From Octopus bimaculoides (lineage: Eukaryota), in contig NC_068984.1 of assembly GCF_001194135.2 (NCBI RefSeq), positions 500,254 through 564,253 of the forward strand: DNA of 64,000 nucleotides, given 5' to 3'. Under the pieces are notes generated by a model, which was not told where the DNA came from, did not search any database, and worked only from the letters and a program-made list of their open reading frames with translations. The position numbers and the translations under genes were made by a program. This document shows positions 1 to 12,668 of the stretch, one piece after another. Every line of letters starts with the position of its first letter. Position 1 is the stretch's first letter.

Positions 1-6
1 ACTTAC

Positions 7-135
7 AGATGTAATCTCAAAAGTGCCTGTTAACTGGTCACTTGTTTTTTCCTTCAAAATCTTAGCATTTCCAGATTGTTATTTACATATTTACTAATAG
101 AACCAAATGCACCGATAATTATTAGGATTAAATGT
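7..135 (-). mobile_element. 3' coding remnant of REL-endonuclease non-LTR retrotransposon
   Basis: Minus strand translates to ...IIGAFGSISKYVNNNLEMLRF*, resembling the PIIIGAIDFVSKCL C-terminal segment of the element at 54.6 kb; its 5' side abuts a TACA-like microsatellite. Confidence 0.45.
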
Positions 136-670
136 ATGTATATATGTGTATATATGTATGTGAGTGTAAGTTTGTGTGTGCGAGTGAGTGTATGCCTGTA
201 TATATGTATGGCTATTTACATGTGTATATACCTATGTTGTGCGTGCGGGTATATATGTGTATGTTTGAATGATTCATTCTAAGAACAATATATAGGCAAT
301 ATACACCCGCTGTTTGTATACACAGTGCACTCACATATATACGCTTTTAATCAGTATATCACACCAGCGAGGGAGATTAACAGATTTATATATCCTAATA
401 CACCTTCTGATTGTGTATGCATGTACACATGTATGTTCATATACATGTGTGTATGTATATATGCCTACATGTATGCGTGTGTGTATGTTTGTATACATGT
501 ATGACGTATGTATGCTTTTGTGCATTTCTATGTATGTGTATATAGCCATGTGTATATGAATATGCATGCAATACGTACATGAACTATACGTATGCACTGT
601 GTATGCATGTATGTCGATATTTCTCTCTCTGTCTCTCTGGGTCTCTCTCTCTGGGTCTCTCTCTCTCCCT
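136..670. repeat. Compound degenerate (TA/TG/TATG) microsatellite followed by (CT)n
   Basis: Direct inspection. Confidence 0.9.
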
Positions 671-900
671 CTATCTATCTAACAGTCAACTTTCACAAGG
701 AAAAGATTAATAGTCATATATATATATACATATATGCATACACATACACATAAACAAATAAATGAAGGAGTTCGTTCCAGGAATTCGAACATGGAACGTA
801 AGAAACATGTGAATTGTGGAAACGCGCGTGGCGATGCATTAATATATTTATAAATTCCATCTATGAATTATTATTATTATTATTATTTCTGCATACATAC

Positions 901-974
901 GCAGGCGTAGCTGTGTGGTAAGGAGCTTGCTTTCCAACAACATGAGTTCAAGTTCAGTTCCAGTGCGTGGCACC
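901..974 (+). mobile_element. tRNA-derived SINE head (family A), truncated
   Basis: gcaggcgtagctgtgtggtaag...agttcagttccagtgcgtggcacc matches the 5' end of the full copy at 45805. Confidence 0.7.
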
Positions 975-1397
975 GAAGTGTTTCAAATGCGGTGTCTTCG
1001 TCGGATCCTTGGTGTCTCTCTACGTGACCAAATCTCAAGCAACAACATCCGAGAACAACGCCAGCAGCAGCCGACCATTGAAGACCAAGTCTGGCTAGAG
1101 AGGTTAGCCTCGTCTGCAGGATGAACACCAGAAGACTATCACATCAGCTTTTGTGGAGAGAGGCGACTCACGCACTGGAGAATCCAGCACAGCGCACCAA
1201 AGAAGACATGGGTGGAACAAACTTAGAAAGATCTGTATTCGGTGCGCCTCGACCTCAAGCATGCTAAGGCAAGCGGTATGGATTGGAAAGCGTGGAATAA
1301 GATCATCACCTGAGTCCGTCCCCCAGCGGCACTCACAACAGCGTTTTGCCTGAGAGGAAATCTCCCATCTCTGATCGTAAGCTAGGGATTTTATTTA
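975..1397 (+). mobile_element. RTE-clade LINE 3' end (RT C-terminus plus 3'UTR)
   Basis: EVFQMRCLRRILGVSLRDQISSNNIR is the typical RTE C-terminal motif; frameshifted downstream. Confidence 0.8.
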
Positions 1398-1418
1398 CAT
1401 ATGTGTTTATGTGTGTGG

Positions 1419-1492
<74 letters not shown>

Positions 1493-1629
1493 ATGTGCGT
1501 GTGTCTGTACAAGTGTGTACGTGTGTGTGTGTACGTGTGTGTGTGTACGTGTGTAACTTATATATCTTAGATATGTTTCAGCTATGTCTGACTTAATAGA
1601 GCCACCTGATAGGATTTGTTGAGTCATTT

Positions 1630-1870
1630 TAAAGACAAGTTTTAAGGGATCATGGCTTATTCAAGTAGGATGCTGTTGTTGACTGAGATGCAACCAGAAA
1701 TATGTGGCTTATCTGGTATCCCTTGAAGAAATTTGTCCGAACACCAACTCATCCCTGATGGAGCCGACCTATTATCAAAGATGTTGCAGCTGTGACAGAT
1801 GATTTCTTCCTTGAAACACTCCATTCTCTGCTTTATTATCCAATGCACCATTCCTCTCTTGGTGTGATTC
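1630..1870 (-). mobile_element. CR1-like LINE 3' end remnant
   Basis: Minus ORF ...DKFLQGIPDKPHISGCISVNNSILL resembles the CR1-type C-terminus (LDKFL..IPDxP...NS). Confidence 0.5.
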
Positions 1871-2844
1871 GAGGTAGATTTAGCTGTTAGCTTTAGAAAG
1901 TCAAACTATCTCATAGAAGGACACACGTAGGCACGAAAGAACAAATGTGAAACAATAATTTTTCTAAGACGGTAGGGTGAGATTGGAAGTAGAATTGGCT
2001 GCTTGTTTTAGCAGGTTAAACTACCACACCAAGGACCTCCTCGTTGGCACGAATTTATAAGTTCTTCGCAATCGTTAATAAACAGTCAAATGGAAATCTT
2101 TGAAAGAAATGGCTAGGCTTAACTTTGGACTGAGACAGTTGTGATCTGAGTTGATATTTTCCCGTGGCCTGATTGCGTTTTTATTTTTATCTCTAACGGT
2201 AGTAGATAGGGTAATGTCACGCACATAATGCGATCGCTTATACTTTCTCTTCGCCTCTTCTCTTCCTGTTTTTTTAGTATTTAGCTCGTGCTTGAGGAAT
2301 GAATCAAGATTTATCTACTACAACTGTTGCTGCTTGTATGTGTGTACGCGCGTGTGTGTGTATGTGTGATAAGTATGTTTATTTGTCAGAGGTTTCTTCA
2401 TCAAGTGCATCTGTCAGCCAATGATTATTAACTTGAGGGGAATGCATATCGACGTCTCAATCATGTTCAAGTTATCGCTTTAGCACTGTAATTCATCGAT
2501 CTAGTCATCGATTACACACGTTTGCCATTGCCGACAGCACTCTTCTGTAAATTCTACAGATTTGCAATGAAAGAGGAAAAAGGTTGGCTGCGAGTTCGAA
2601 GTTCCAGATCCTTCGATCTGTCGACCCAAAACATATTGAATCGATCAATGGAGAATTTCAACAATCCCTTGGCACCAAATTTATTCTTTATTTTAGAGGT
2701 GATGTTTAGTTCTATGAAATATGCAGTTCTACTGAATCCAAGTGTGGTGTGTACGTGAAGGTGTGTGTGTATGTGTGTGTGTGTGTGTGTGAATATGCGC
2801 GCGTGTATGTATGTGTGTATATATGTGTATCTCTGTATGTGTAG

Positions 2845-2988
2845 TGAAGGGCGTAGGCTAGTGATTAGGGTATTCGGTCATGATCGTAAGGTAGTGAGTT
2901 CGATTCCTGGCGGCGTGTTGTGTCTTTGAGGAAGACACTTTATTTCACGTTACTCCAGCCCATTCAGCTGACTAAAGTGAGTCGTATG

Positions 2989-2995
<7 letters not shown>
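2845..2995 (+). mobile_element. tRNA-derived SINE (family C), 5' part ending in (TA)n
   Basis: A-box-like ggctagtgattagg, B-box gagttcgattcc; homologous to 33905-34020. Confidence 0.65.
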
Positions 2996-3027
<32 letters not shown>

Positions 3028-3174
3028 ATGTGTGCGTATACACCTGCATATGTATATGCATGTATCAATGCTCACAGAAGCCAGGCCCCTTTATTGGAAT
3101 TGGGTAAACATTTACTATGTGGCTATACACACACACGCACGCACACACACATACACACACACACGCTCTACTAG

Positions 3175-3497
3175 CAGCAACTCATTGAATTTCTCATGTA
3201 TTCCTGTTGAATATTTAAACCAGAAATTAGGGACCTTGTCGTGCCCGAGTGCCTTCCAGTTGCTTAGTTTTTGAAGTGCCTGGGTAACCTCTTCCTTTGT
3301 TATAGGAGTCCAAAGTTGTGTTTGTTATTTTGATAGATCTTTTCTAGGGTTGTTCCTTCGCCTACCATATTTCTTTCCAAAATTCTTCCACTTCATCTGC
3401 TGTTAGTGCTGATTTTATTTTTGCCAAATTCTTGGTAGAACCTTTTGAGGTCGGAGTTGAACTGTTTGTTTTGTTCAAAGAAACGTTGGCGTTTCTC
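3175..3497 (-). mobile_element. REL non-LTR element, pre-RT region fragment
   Basis: KRQRFFEQNKQFNSDLKRFYQEFGKNKI, then in a shifted frame KQLEG/GHDKVPNFWFKY-like sequence typical of Dong/R4-like ORFs. Confidence 0.55.
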
Positions 3498-3559
3498 AAT
3501 AATAATAATAATAATCATAATCATAATAATAATAATAATAATAACAACAGCAACAATGT

Positions 3560-4200
3560 AACAACCCACAAACGATTTAAGAAACAACCGGAAAATGAAA
3601 GTGATGCAAGGTCAACGCATCAGAGAAACGGAAGGAAAAGACAAAATCCACAAGTGGAGGTCACAAAGAAAAAATGATGCATTGAGGCAGTAATACACAG
3701 CGCATAGAAACGACCTCTGAGAACTAATTACACTAAGTTCCAAATAAATAAGAGTAGTGATTCGCCCCTTGCTAAGATTATGTGGCAGCAAAAACGAGAC
3801 AATCTCACCTATTGCGAGTGAGTGTAGCAAACTGGCCCAAAATGAATACAAAAGGAAACATGATAACGTAACAATCGTAAATTGAAAAATAGAATCTACT
3901 AAAAGATGAAGTTACAACACGAATGTGAGCAATGAAGGGAGTAACCGTCAATGGCAGTCGTTGTAGGAACACTGAGAACATTAACAACCAGGTTTGAGAA
4001 AATTGTGGGTGAAATTGGGATTTATATGAGGGTAGAACACGCTCAGAAAACTGCTTAATTGGGTTCAGAAAGGATTTTGAGATTGCTACTAAGTACTGTG
4101 GGAAGAGAGCCTGTGAGATCTTTGACAAAAGGTTAATGTCTGCTTTTATAGAATTAATTAGAGCAATTAAAGCCAAGAGCTCTGAGGAATGAAATGGAAA
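3560..4200 (+). mobile_element. REL non-LTR element 3' portion (degenerate CCHC knuckle and endonuclease end)
   Basis: LRTNYTKFQINKSSDSP..., ETISPIASECSKLAQNEYKRKHDNV, and a terminal LGSERILR-like motif; flanked by (AAT)n and ending in taatgataatgat. Confidence 0.75.
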
Positions 4201-4678
4201 TAATGATAATGATCTTGATTCTGATCATCAGTATATCTTTTGAAAAGAGGGCAAGTGTATCTATGAGAAAAGTTGGGCTATGGGCAGACAATCAATGAAA
4301 CACTCGTCAAATTTTAGAGTGCTACCACTGCTTACAGGGTAATGTATTATACCACGATGCTGTGCCTACTTGCTGATAGATAAACTGACTCACAAAGAGT
4401 CAAGTGTCTTGAAACAATCTGGAAACAATGTAGTACCGTCAGTAAGATTCGAACTATCGTCTCTTCGACTAGTTAATCGTTACACTATCAAATGTGTGGC
4501 TGTAGAAATTAGATGCCAGTCAGATAAAGAAGGCGATAGAATCAAGTTAAATGTAGCGAATCGTAATTGGATGACTTTTAAAATGAAGAATGTCCTAAGG
4601 TTATTGTTATCTCTTCATCTGGATTACAGCGACAATGGAGTTCCCATAGCTGAATGGGAATAATAACTCACCTTACGT

Positions 4679-4715
<37 letters not shown>

Positions 4716-4885
4716 CACATTTATATACACATACACACATACATACAATCAGACAATACCCGTATCTTCCCTTTAATCTTTTCATGCGCGAGATTCTCTT
4801 ATCTCTGTTATCTAACATTATTTTAATTCAATCATTTCTCATGGTGGCATAGCTTTAGAAGTTCGAATCGAAATCTTTTGCTTCC

Positions 4886-5005
4886 ACGTTCGATCTCACT
4901 CCACGGCAGTTGTGTGGAAATATTTTCTCCCATAATATCCAAACCATTGTGAGTAAAATTTGGTAAAGGAAACTGTGTGGAAGCTCATCTGATAGATTTT
5001 TACCA
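4886..5005 (+). mobile_element. Degenerate SINE family A fragment
   Basis: aaaccattgtgagtaaaatttggtaaaggaaactgtgtggaagc matches the family A body. Confidence 0.5.
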
Positions 5006-5434
5006 TTTTGGCGGGTGTTGGATTTATTTAGTCGCCCAATTTAACATCATCACCTGGACTTTGGGTAACCTTTGTGAAACTGACTTTCCTAATATTGCAT
5101 CCAAATTTTTGCTCTGTGAATAATTTAAGAACTGTGGTGGTTTCCCCCAGCTCTAAGGAATCCGCATCGGTATTTCCCCCTCCCTTCTGACTAAATCATA
5201 CGAAATCCACGTGGTTGTAAAGTTTCGAAAGTACAGTGAGACGAACTCGAAAACTCAGTTTCACAAACTGGCTACAAAAATTCACTTCCTTTACATTGGA
5301 ACAATCTTTGGTAACAACATGAATATGTCATCTTCCCAATCTTTACCGGAATTCAGAAATAAGTTCACTCTCGAGAAACCAGTTTCAATTTCCATTTAAC
5401 GGTATTCAACTTGGTGATAATCTCCGCCATCCGA

Positions 5435-5600
5435 AAACTGTATGGAAGCCTGTTACTTTAAAAGACTTTCATATGGTTTCCATCTACCAAATTCTTTCAC
5501 AAGGCTTTAGTTGACCCCTTGGGCATGGTAGGAGACACCTGATGTGCTACTCTATGAGAGCGAACGACACAGTCGCTAGACGAGCTTCTTAACACCAGAA
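5435..5600 (-). mobile_element. Degenerate SINE family A 5' half
   Basis: tttccatctaccaaattctttcacaaggctttagttgaccc is the reverse complement of the family A body. Confidence 0.55.
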
Positions 5601-5821
5601 CCATGCCTATCATGATTTAGGATTGAGATTAGAAATAACCTACCAAGCACTGACAGTCGTCATTATTCCTACGTAACTGAGCATCATAATTAATATAGTT
5701 AATTATAGTAATCACTATAATTAATAACAGTAATAATTATGATTTATAACTAATTTTTGTAATTAATAATAGCAATCGTTATTTTAATTTAATCGATATT
5801 CTTCTTTTGATTGCATTTTGT

Positions 5822-5871
<50 letters not shown>
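5822..5871. repeat. (TAC)n microsatellite
   Basis: Direct inspection. Confidence 0.95.
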
Positions 5872-5872
<1 letters not shown>

Positions 5873-6049
5873 CAGTTTGTTTAAATAGTTAATGCAAACA
5901 CTAAATTAATTTAAATACTAGTCGCTTCTTTAAACCGTCACGGATTAAGATCTCCATTCAATGGAGCACTTCTTTAGCCTGTCTGTCTGTCTGTCTCTCT
6001 CTCCCTCCCTCCCTCTCTTTCTCTCTCTCTGTCTTTCTTTTTAGTTGTA

Positions 6050-6945
6050 CCAGGTTAAGTCAAAAGATATCTTTCCTTTGGATTTTCAGGGATGATTTTT
6101 TGCGGCAACTTGTATCTCCACGTTTTATCATTAATTTGGTACAACTTGTCCAAGTTGCTGAAATATATATCTTTTATTTTCTCAATCAACATATAAACAT
6201 TAATTGTTTATTCTTTATTTTAAAACCTTGATAATGAGTGGTGAAAACTTGCTAAGTTATTTTACACTACCCATGGAAAAAAGGGCAGCGACAAAAGAAA
6301 TTATATGGAAGAAACATGTGACGCTAAACTGGTTCAGACATTTCAAAGATGGTGACACCAGCTTCGAAGACAAACCAAGCTCAGGGAGAGATTCCGTTGT
6401 GAAAGATGAGGCCTTGCTTGAAATGGTTGAACAATATCCATGCACAAGTACATTGTTGGCAAAACATGATCCTTCACAAAGTGCCATCGATTTACACCTT
6501 CATATGCTTGGCCCTGTGAACAGATGCTGTTGAGGAGTTCCTCACGAACTGACCAATGACCAGGTTCAACGACGTGAGATGACCGTGTTTGGCGTTGAAT
6601 TGTAACTGGTGATGAAAAAGAGATCTATTTTCATAATTCTAATGAGAAAAATCAATGACTTCATATCATCTAGAATTCAGAATCTTGCCAAACAAGGGTA
6701 GTTTGAACAGGTCATGTTGTGTGTTTGGTGGCATTTCAAGGGGGTGTTGCACATTGATCTAGTCCCAACTGGTCACGCTGTGAACGCTAACCTTTTATGC
6801 TCAACAATTGTAGCGAGCATATGATGCTTTGAAAGCCTGCTGCCCAGCATTGATCGATCGAAGACGTGCACTCCTACAGCATGAAAATGCCCCAGCACAC
6901 ACTGCCAATGTGATCGAGCAAAAACTTGAGGATTTTGAGGTACAT
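6050..6945 (+). mobile_element. Mariner transposase remnant
   Basis: WFRHFKDGDTSFEDKPSSGR (HTH region), IVTGDEK (first catalytic D), VMLCVWWHFKGVLH; frameshifts and stops. Confidence 0.85.
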
Positions 6946-7949
6946 AGCTACATACATATAGGCAAGACATAATTATATATACAAATGCATATATTTGTAT
7001 GCACGCACAAACACGCACACGTACAAAATCTCCTGGCGTATTCTTATACAAGTTAGTTGTTACAGGTGAAAAAAAGAGAAGGAAAGAATCAGAAAATAGT
7101 AAGTAGGGTGGGGGAGGAAGAAAACAGTGGAAAAGAAGAAAAAGAAATAGAAGAAAGAGAAACAGAGAGAGAAAGCGAATAAATAGATAAGGGTAGAGAG
7201 TGTTACATGATGGCGTTCGAAAAGTATCTAAAGACGATTACGTACTTCGTTTAGCTTGCGAAACGAACACATACAAACGCACACATAAGATTACATGTAT
7301 ATCCACATAAATACAAACATACATACAAATATACACACCTATAGATGCGCATACAAATATACAAAAAATATGTACGCAAATACATGCCCACATATATAAA
7401 AGTACATACGCATATACATACACATTTATGTATATATATATATATATATATANNNNNNNNNNNNNNNNNNNNNNNNNNNNNNNNNNNNNNNNNNNNNNNN
7501 NNNNNNNNNNNNNNNNNNNNNNNNNNNNNNNNNNNNNNNNNNNNNNNNNNNNCACACACACACACACACACACATATATGTATATACATACCTACAATAC
7601 ATACACAAATATATAGAGACATATCTTCCCATCAAGATAAATATATACATCATAACGTATATACGCAAACAAATAAAAAAAACTGTCTGGTGTATTTAAT
7701 ATTAAAATGTTAAAATAAGGAAATTGCACATTAATTTGATATAACATAATTAAATACGTGTGTAAACAATAAAAATAAATCTCGTTGAAGTTTAAGCTTA
7801 AATGTGTAAAACAGTCGAAAAAGGCTTTCTTAAAAGTGTAGTCGAAATATGCCCAGCATTGCAATGCAAAATAACTATAATGTGTAAAGGCAAATTCAAA
7901 TGCGGCAGTCAAAATTTTCCGAAAGTCAAAACATTTTACCCGTACGGTA

Positions 7950-9135
7950 TTTTGTCGATTGACATTTTAAACTTCGCTGTGTTCCTGCAGGAATTTAAGA
8001 GCTCGTGTCTCTGGTTCATAACATTTTTATCCTGGAACAGGATGAAGAATTTTTCTGAGGGGCAAAGATTACATTTCATAGGTCTTTTATAAGCTCCATT
8101 TCTGTATGCTGATGCATTTTCTAGAATCTCCCAGGTGACATTGAATGGACGGGTGCCATTCTCTTCTAATTCCTAGACATGTTTTGCAAGACTAGTCGCT
8201 GTCCTATTCTCGGAGTGTCGGAAAGAATTTCGGTGGCGATAGAATCGAGTTTTGAATGAATTTTCCGAAACTCCTGTGCATGTTTTATATTCTTGTGAAC
8301 TATTTACTTGCACTTTGATTCTATAAACAATTCCTTTTTCAAGACATTTACCTTCCAACGGACAACAAGTCTCATCTTTGAAGTTGCAGTTCCTCAGATT
8401 AGATTCGGCACTGTAGTTGTCTGTAATAATTTTTATGTTATGCTGGCTAATAAAAGAGGCAAAGCTTTTGCAACAAGAATAGCTAACCTTCAGTGTTCTC
8501 CTATTAAATATTCTATAGAACTTATGGTTAGATTGAAAATGCTTAGAAACTAGATTTTGAGAATTCCCTACCCATATTAGTTTTTACGGCAATATTAAAT
8601 GTGGGGTTAAACCACAAAACTTTCTTAGTTCTAGTTCTACGTGGTCTATTATTATTAGAATTAACTTGACTATACTGGATCTTCTCCGAGGATCCACTTT
8701 TACTTAATGCATTGTTGTAATACGGCGCAGCATTTTGAAATGCTGTCTCGTCTGAAGAAATTAATGATGTTTACCTTCCTACATTACTAATTAGGTTCTT
8801 AAGAATTACGGATGGATGATTAGATTCTTTGCTAATATAACATAGCTTTTCATTGGGCGTACGGTAGGGTTTAAATTTATCTAATTGTAAATCTAAGTTG
8901 ATATCTAAAAAAATCTACATTATTAAGGTACTTTCTATCGTAATCCGTTAGCCCATTCTTTGGCAGAAATTAACCAAATTCTTCCTAAGTTTCTCGAGCT
9001 CATGGCCGTTTAAATTATGGGTGGCTATAAGACTGTCATCCCTGTATAATCCTGCATCTATAAAAGGGAATTCTAGATGTAGATTATGCAAAATATAAAT
9101 TCTTACAAGCATACGTAACCTTTGGTATTCGAATA
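7950..9135 (-). mobile_element. Penelope-like element remnant (RT plus GIY-YIG endonuclease)
   Basis: GLYRDD RT motif (8948-9160 ORF); CLEKGIVY...TGVSENSFKTRFYRHRNSFRH...TSLAKHV, then CNLCPSEKFFIL. Confidence 0.85.
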
Positions 9136-9328
9136 CTATTTTGTCCACCTTGTTTTGCATTTATGTGCTTACTCTGGTATATATATATATATATATATNN
9201 NNNNNNNNNNNNNNNNNNNNNNNNNNNNNNNNNNNNNNNNNNNNNNNNNNNNNNNNNNNNNNNNNNNNNNNNNNNNNNNNNNNNNNNNNNNNNNNNNNNN
9301 NNNNNNNNNNNNNNNNNNNNNNNNNNNN

Positions 9329-9360
<32 letters not shown>

Positions 9361-9361
<1 letters not shown>

Positions 9362-9818
9362 AATAAAATGAGACAACAAAGCCAAGGCAGTGTGAAATTT
9401 CTAGGACATTTATAAAGAGAAAGGTAATCTTACAGCTGTTTCAGGGATATGGGGTATATCCCATCATCAGAGACGATATGAGAAAGCTAAATAGAAGGAA
9501 ATAGTGGAGTTCATTATATAAGAAGTTATCTTGGAAAGGGAGAGATATAGGAAGAATAAAGGGAAATAAGAGAATAAAAATATATGTTGGATGTTACAGT
9601 TGCATTTCAATAGCCCTACACAGTACTTTCCTTGGATAATGGAACTGCAGCTGTAACACCCAACATATATTTTTATTTTTATTCGCTTATTCTCATTTAT
9701 TCTTCCTATATCTTTCCCTTTCCAAAATAATTCCTGAAACAGCTGTAAAACTACCTTTCTCTTCACAAATGTCCCGAGAGATTTGACATTGCCTTGGCAT
9801 TGTTGTCTCATTTTATTT
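9361..9818. mobile_element. Foldback/MITE-like long inverted repeat
   Basis: aaataaaatgagacaac...cagctgtttcagg and ttggaaaggg...tgttacagttgca on the left are mirrored by reverse complements on the right; ~40-nt spacer; ~80-nt extra segment in the left arm. Confidence 0.8.
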
Positions 9819-11184
9819 CATTTATTATGCATGCTCACACACGACCCGCATTAGACTCCTCACGCATACTATTATTGAACCTTCCGTGGCGTTTACATAA
9901 TTTTAGCTGCCATTTTGGGTCTTTTAAATACCAAAACCTCTTATATATATACATCTGTCAGACGGGACCTTGATGACCGCTATTAACCAGGAAAGTATAC
10001 TAGTCCTTATATATATTTAATACTCAATATTTCATATATTCAATAAGACATTCAATACTTAATTTCATTTTACTATTTATATTATATATTCCATATTCTA
10101 TATCCCACATTAATTTTATAAGAATATAAATAAAACATAAAAAACAGAGTTGGAACTCTTTTAAATAATATATTCCTCTATACACTATCATACAAACACC
10201 TTCTTTATTTTTTTTATTATATATATATATATNNNNNNNNNNNNNNNNNNNNNNNNNNNNNNNNNNNNNNNNNNNNNNNNNNNNNNNNNNNNNNNNNNNN
10301 NNNNNNNNNNNNNNNNNNNNNNNNNNNNNNNNNNNNNNNNNNNNNNNNNNNNNNNNNNNNNNNNNNNNNNNNNNNNNNNNNNNNNNNNNNNNNNNNNNNN
10401 NNNNNNNNNNNNNNNNNNNNNNNNNNNNNNNNNNNNNNNNNNNNNNNNNNNNNNNNNNNNNNNNNNNNNNNNNNNNNNNNNNNNNNNNNNNNNNNNNNNN
10501 NNNNNNNNNNNNNNNNNNNNNNNNNNNNNNNNNNNNNNNNNNNNNNNNNNNNNNNNNNNNNNNNNNNNNNNNNNNNNNNNNNNNNNNNNNNNNNNNNNNN
10601 NNNNNNNNNNNNNNNNNNNNNNNNNNNNNNNNNNNNNNNNNNNNNNNNNNNNNNNNNNNNNNNNNNNNNNNNNNNNNNNNNNNNNNNNNNNNNNNNNNNN
10701 NNNNNNNNNNNNNNNNNNNNNNNNNNNNNNNNNNNNNNNNNNNNNNNNNNNNNNNNNNNNNNNNNNNNNNNNNNNNNNNNNNNNNNNNNNNNNNNNNNNN
10801 NNNNNNNNNNNNNNNNNNNNNNNNNNNNNNNNNNNNNNNNNNNNNNNNNNNNNNNNNNNNNNNNNNNNNNNNNNNNNNNNNNNNNNNNNNNNNNNNNNNN
10901 NNNNNNNNNNNNNNNNNNNNNNNNNNNNNNNNNNNNNNNNNNNNNNNNNNNNNNNNNNNNNNNNNNNNNNNNNNNNNNNNNNNNNNNNNNNNNNNNNNNN
11001 NNNNNNNNNNNNNNNNNNNNNNNNNNNNNNNNNNNNNNNNNNNNNNNNNNNNNNNNNNNNNNNNNNNNNNNNNNNNNNNNNNNNNNNNNNNNNNNNNNNN
11101 NNNNNNNNNNNNNNNNNNNNNNNNNNNNNNNNNNNNNNNNNNNNNNNNNNNNNNNNNNNNNNNNNNNNNNNNNNNNNNNNNNNN

Positions 11185-11596
11185 GATCCTTTCTAACAAT
11201 TCGCGTAAGAGTCCGACGGCCCCTATCTGAAAGTTTTGGTTTTCTTCTGAAGTCTTATTTCGACGAGGAGGTTTACCCTCTTTCTCAAAGCCTGTCTTTA
11301 CTTTCGAGACAGTACTTCTTGATACACCAAACATTTGGGCTGTTTTCGCGACGCTAGCGCCTGCCATACGAGCACCAGCAATTTGACCTCTTTGAAAGTC
11401 CGATAGATCTGTCATTTTAATGAATTTTAATTACCTTTTACTGATGATATCTGAAAAGAAACAGTAATTTTAGCAAACCGTATCAAGCAACACTAATAAT
11501 AAATAAAAAAAAACAACAAAAATAAACAAGCTTTTGACGGTTTTATAGATATTTCAAAATTATGATGCTAGGTCTTTCCATTATTTTGTCCAATCC

Positions 11597-11599
<3 letters not shown>
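11185..11599 (-). mobile_element. Tc1-like transposon 5' end (TIR plus paired-like HTH), rest lost in gap
   Basis: MTDLSDFQRGQIAGARMAGASVAKTAQMFGVSRSTVSKV; TIR-like caaggattggacaaaataatggaa next to a (TA)n tract. Confidence 0.85.
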
Positions 11600-11638
<39 letters not shown>

Positions 11639-11799
11639 TATCTCTGTACATACATACATACACACACACACAAACATATAATTGTAGATACGATAACAAC
11701 TGCATATACTTTTGTGTGTGTTAACATGTATATGTATACCTAACATGTATGCTTGTACATGTGTATAAATGTATACATAACATGTATACGTGTACAAAT

Positions 11800-11843
<44 letters not shown>

Positions 11844-12628
11844 NNNNNNNNNNNNNNNNNNNNNNNNNNNNNNNNNNNNNNNNNNNNNNNNNNNNNNNNN
11901 NNNNNNNNNNNNNNNNNNNNNNNNNNNNNNNNNNNNNNNNNNNNNNNNNNNNNNNNNNNNNNNNNNNNNNNNNNNNNNNNNNNNNNNNNNNNNNNNNNNN
12001 NNNNNNNNNNNNNNNNNNNNNNNNNNNNNNNNNNNNNNNNNNNNNNNNNNNNNNNNNNNNNNNNNNNNNNNNNNNNNNNNNNNNNNNNNNNNNNNNNNNN
12101 NNNNNNNNNNNNNNNNNNNNNNNNNNNNNNNNNNNNNNNNNNNNNNNNNNNNNNNNNNNNNNNNNNNNNNNNNNNNNNNNNNNNNNNNNNNNNNNNNNNN
12201 NNNNNNNNNNNNNNNNNNNNNNNNNNNNNNNNNNNNNNNNNNNNNNNNNNNNNNNNNNNNNNNNNNNNNNNNNNNNNNNNNNNNNNNNNNNNNNNNNNNN
12301 NNNNNNNNNNNNNNNNNNNNNNNNNNNNNNNNNNNNNNNNNNNNNNNNNNNNNNNNNNNNNNNNNNNNNNNNNNNNNNNNNNNNNNNNNNNNNNNNNNNN
12401 NNNNNNNNNNNNNNNNNNNNNNNNNNNNNNNNNNNNNACCTACGGAAATGAGTTACTCAAGTAATTGTAGGATGAAGTAAACTTGTAATTGCTACAAACA
12501 TATTTTTCTTGTTAAAAGTGTTTAGTAGAGAGCTCAATAAAGTAAAGAAAATTGGATTTTAAGAAATATACTGTGATATAAGTATATTCTAAGACATATA
12601 CATATCTACTCTTGGAAATAAAATTAAG

Positions 12629-12668
<40 letters not shown>

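Noticed and set aside
1-90. Minus-strand splice donor (acttac at 1-6) suggesting an exon
   Set aside because: The adjacent sequence is better explained as a REL LINE C-terminal remnant
2522-2758. 78-aa ORF with a possible acceptor (ttctacag)
   Set aside because: No recognisable homology and only a weak donor
4432-4500. tRNA gene candidates (also ~26130-26190 and all SINE heads)
   Set aside because: Only A/B-box-like remnants; no complete cloverleaf could be folded
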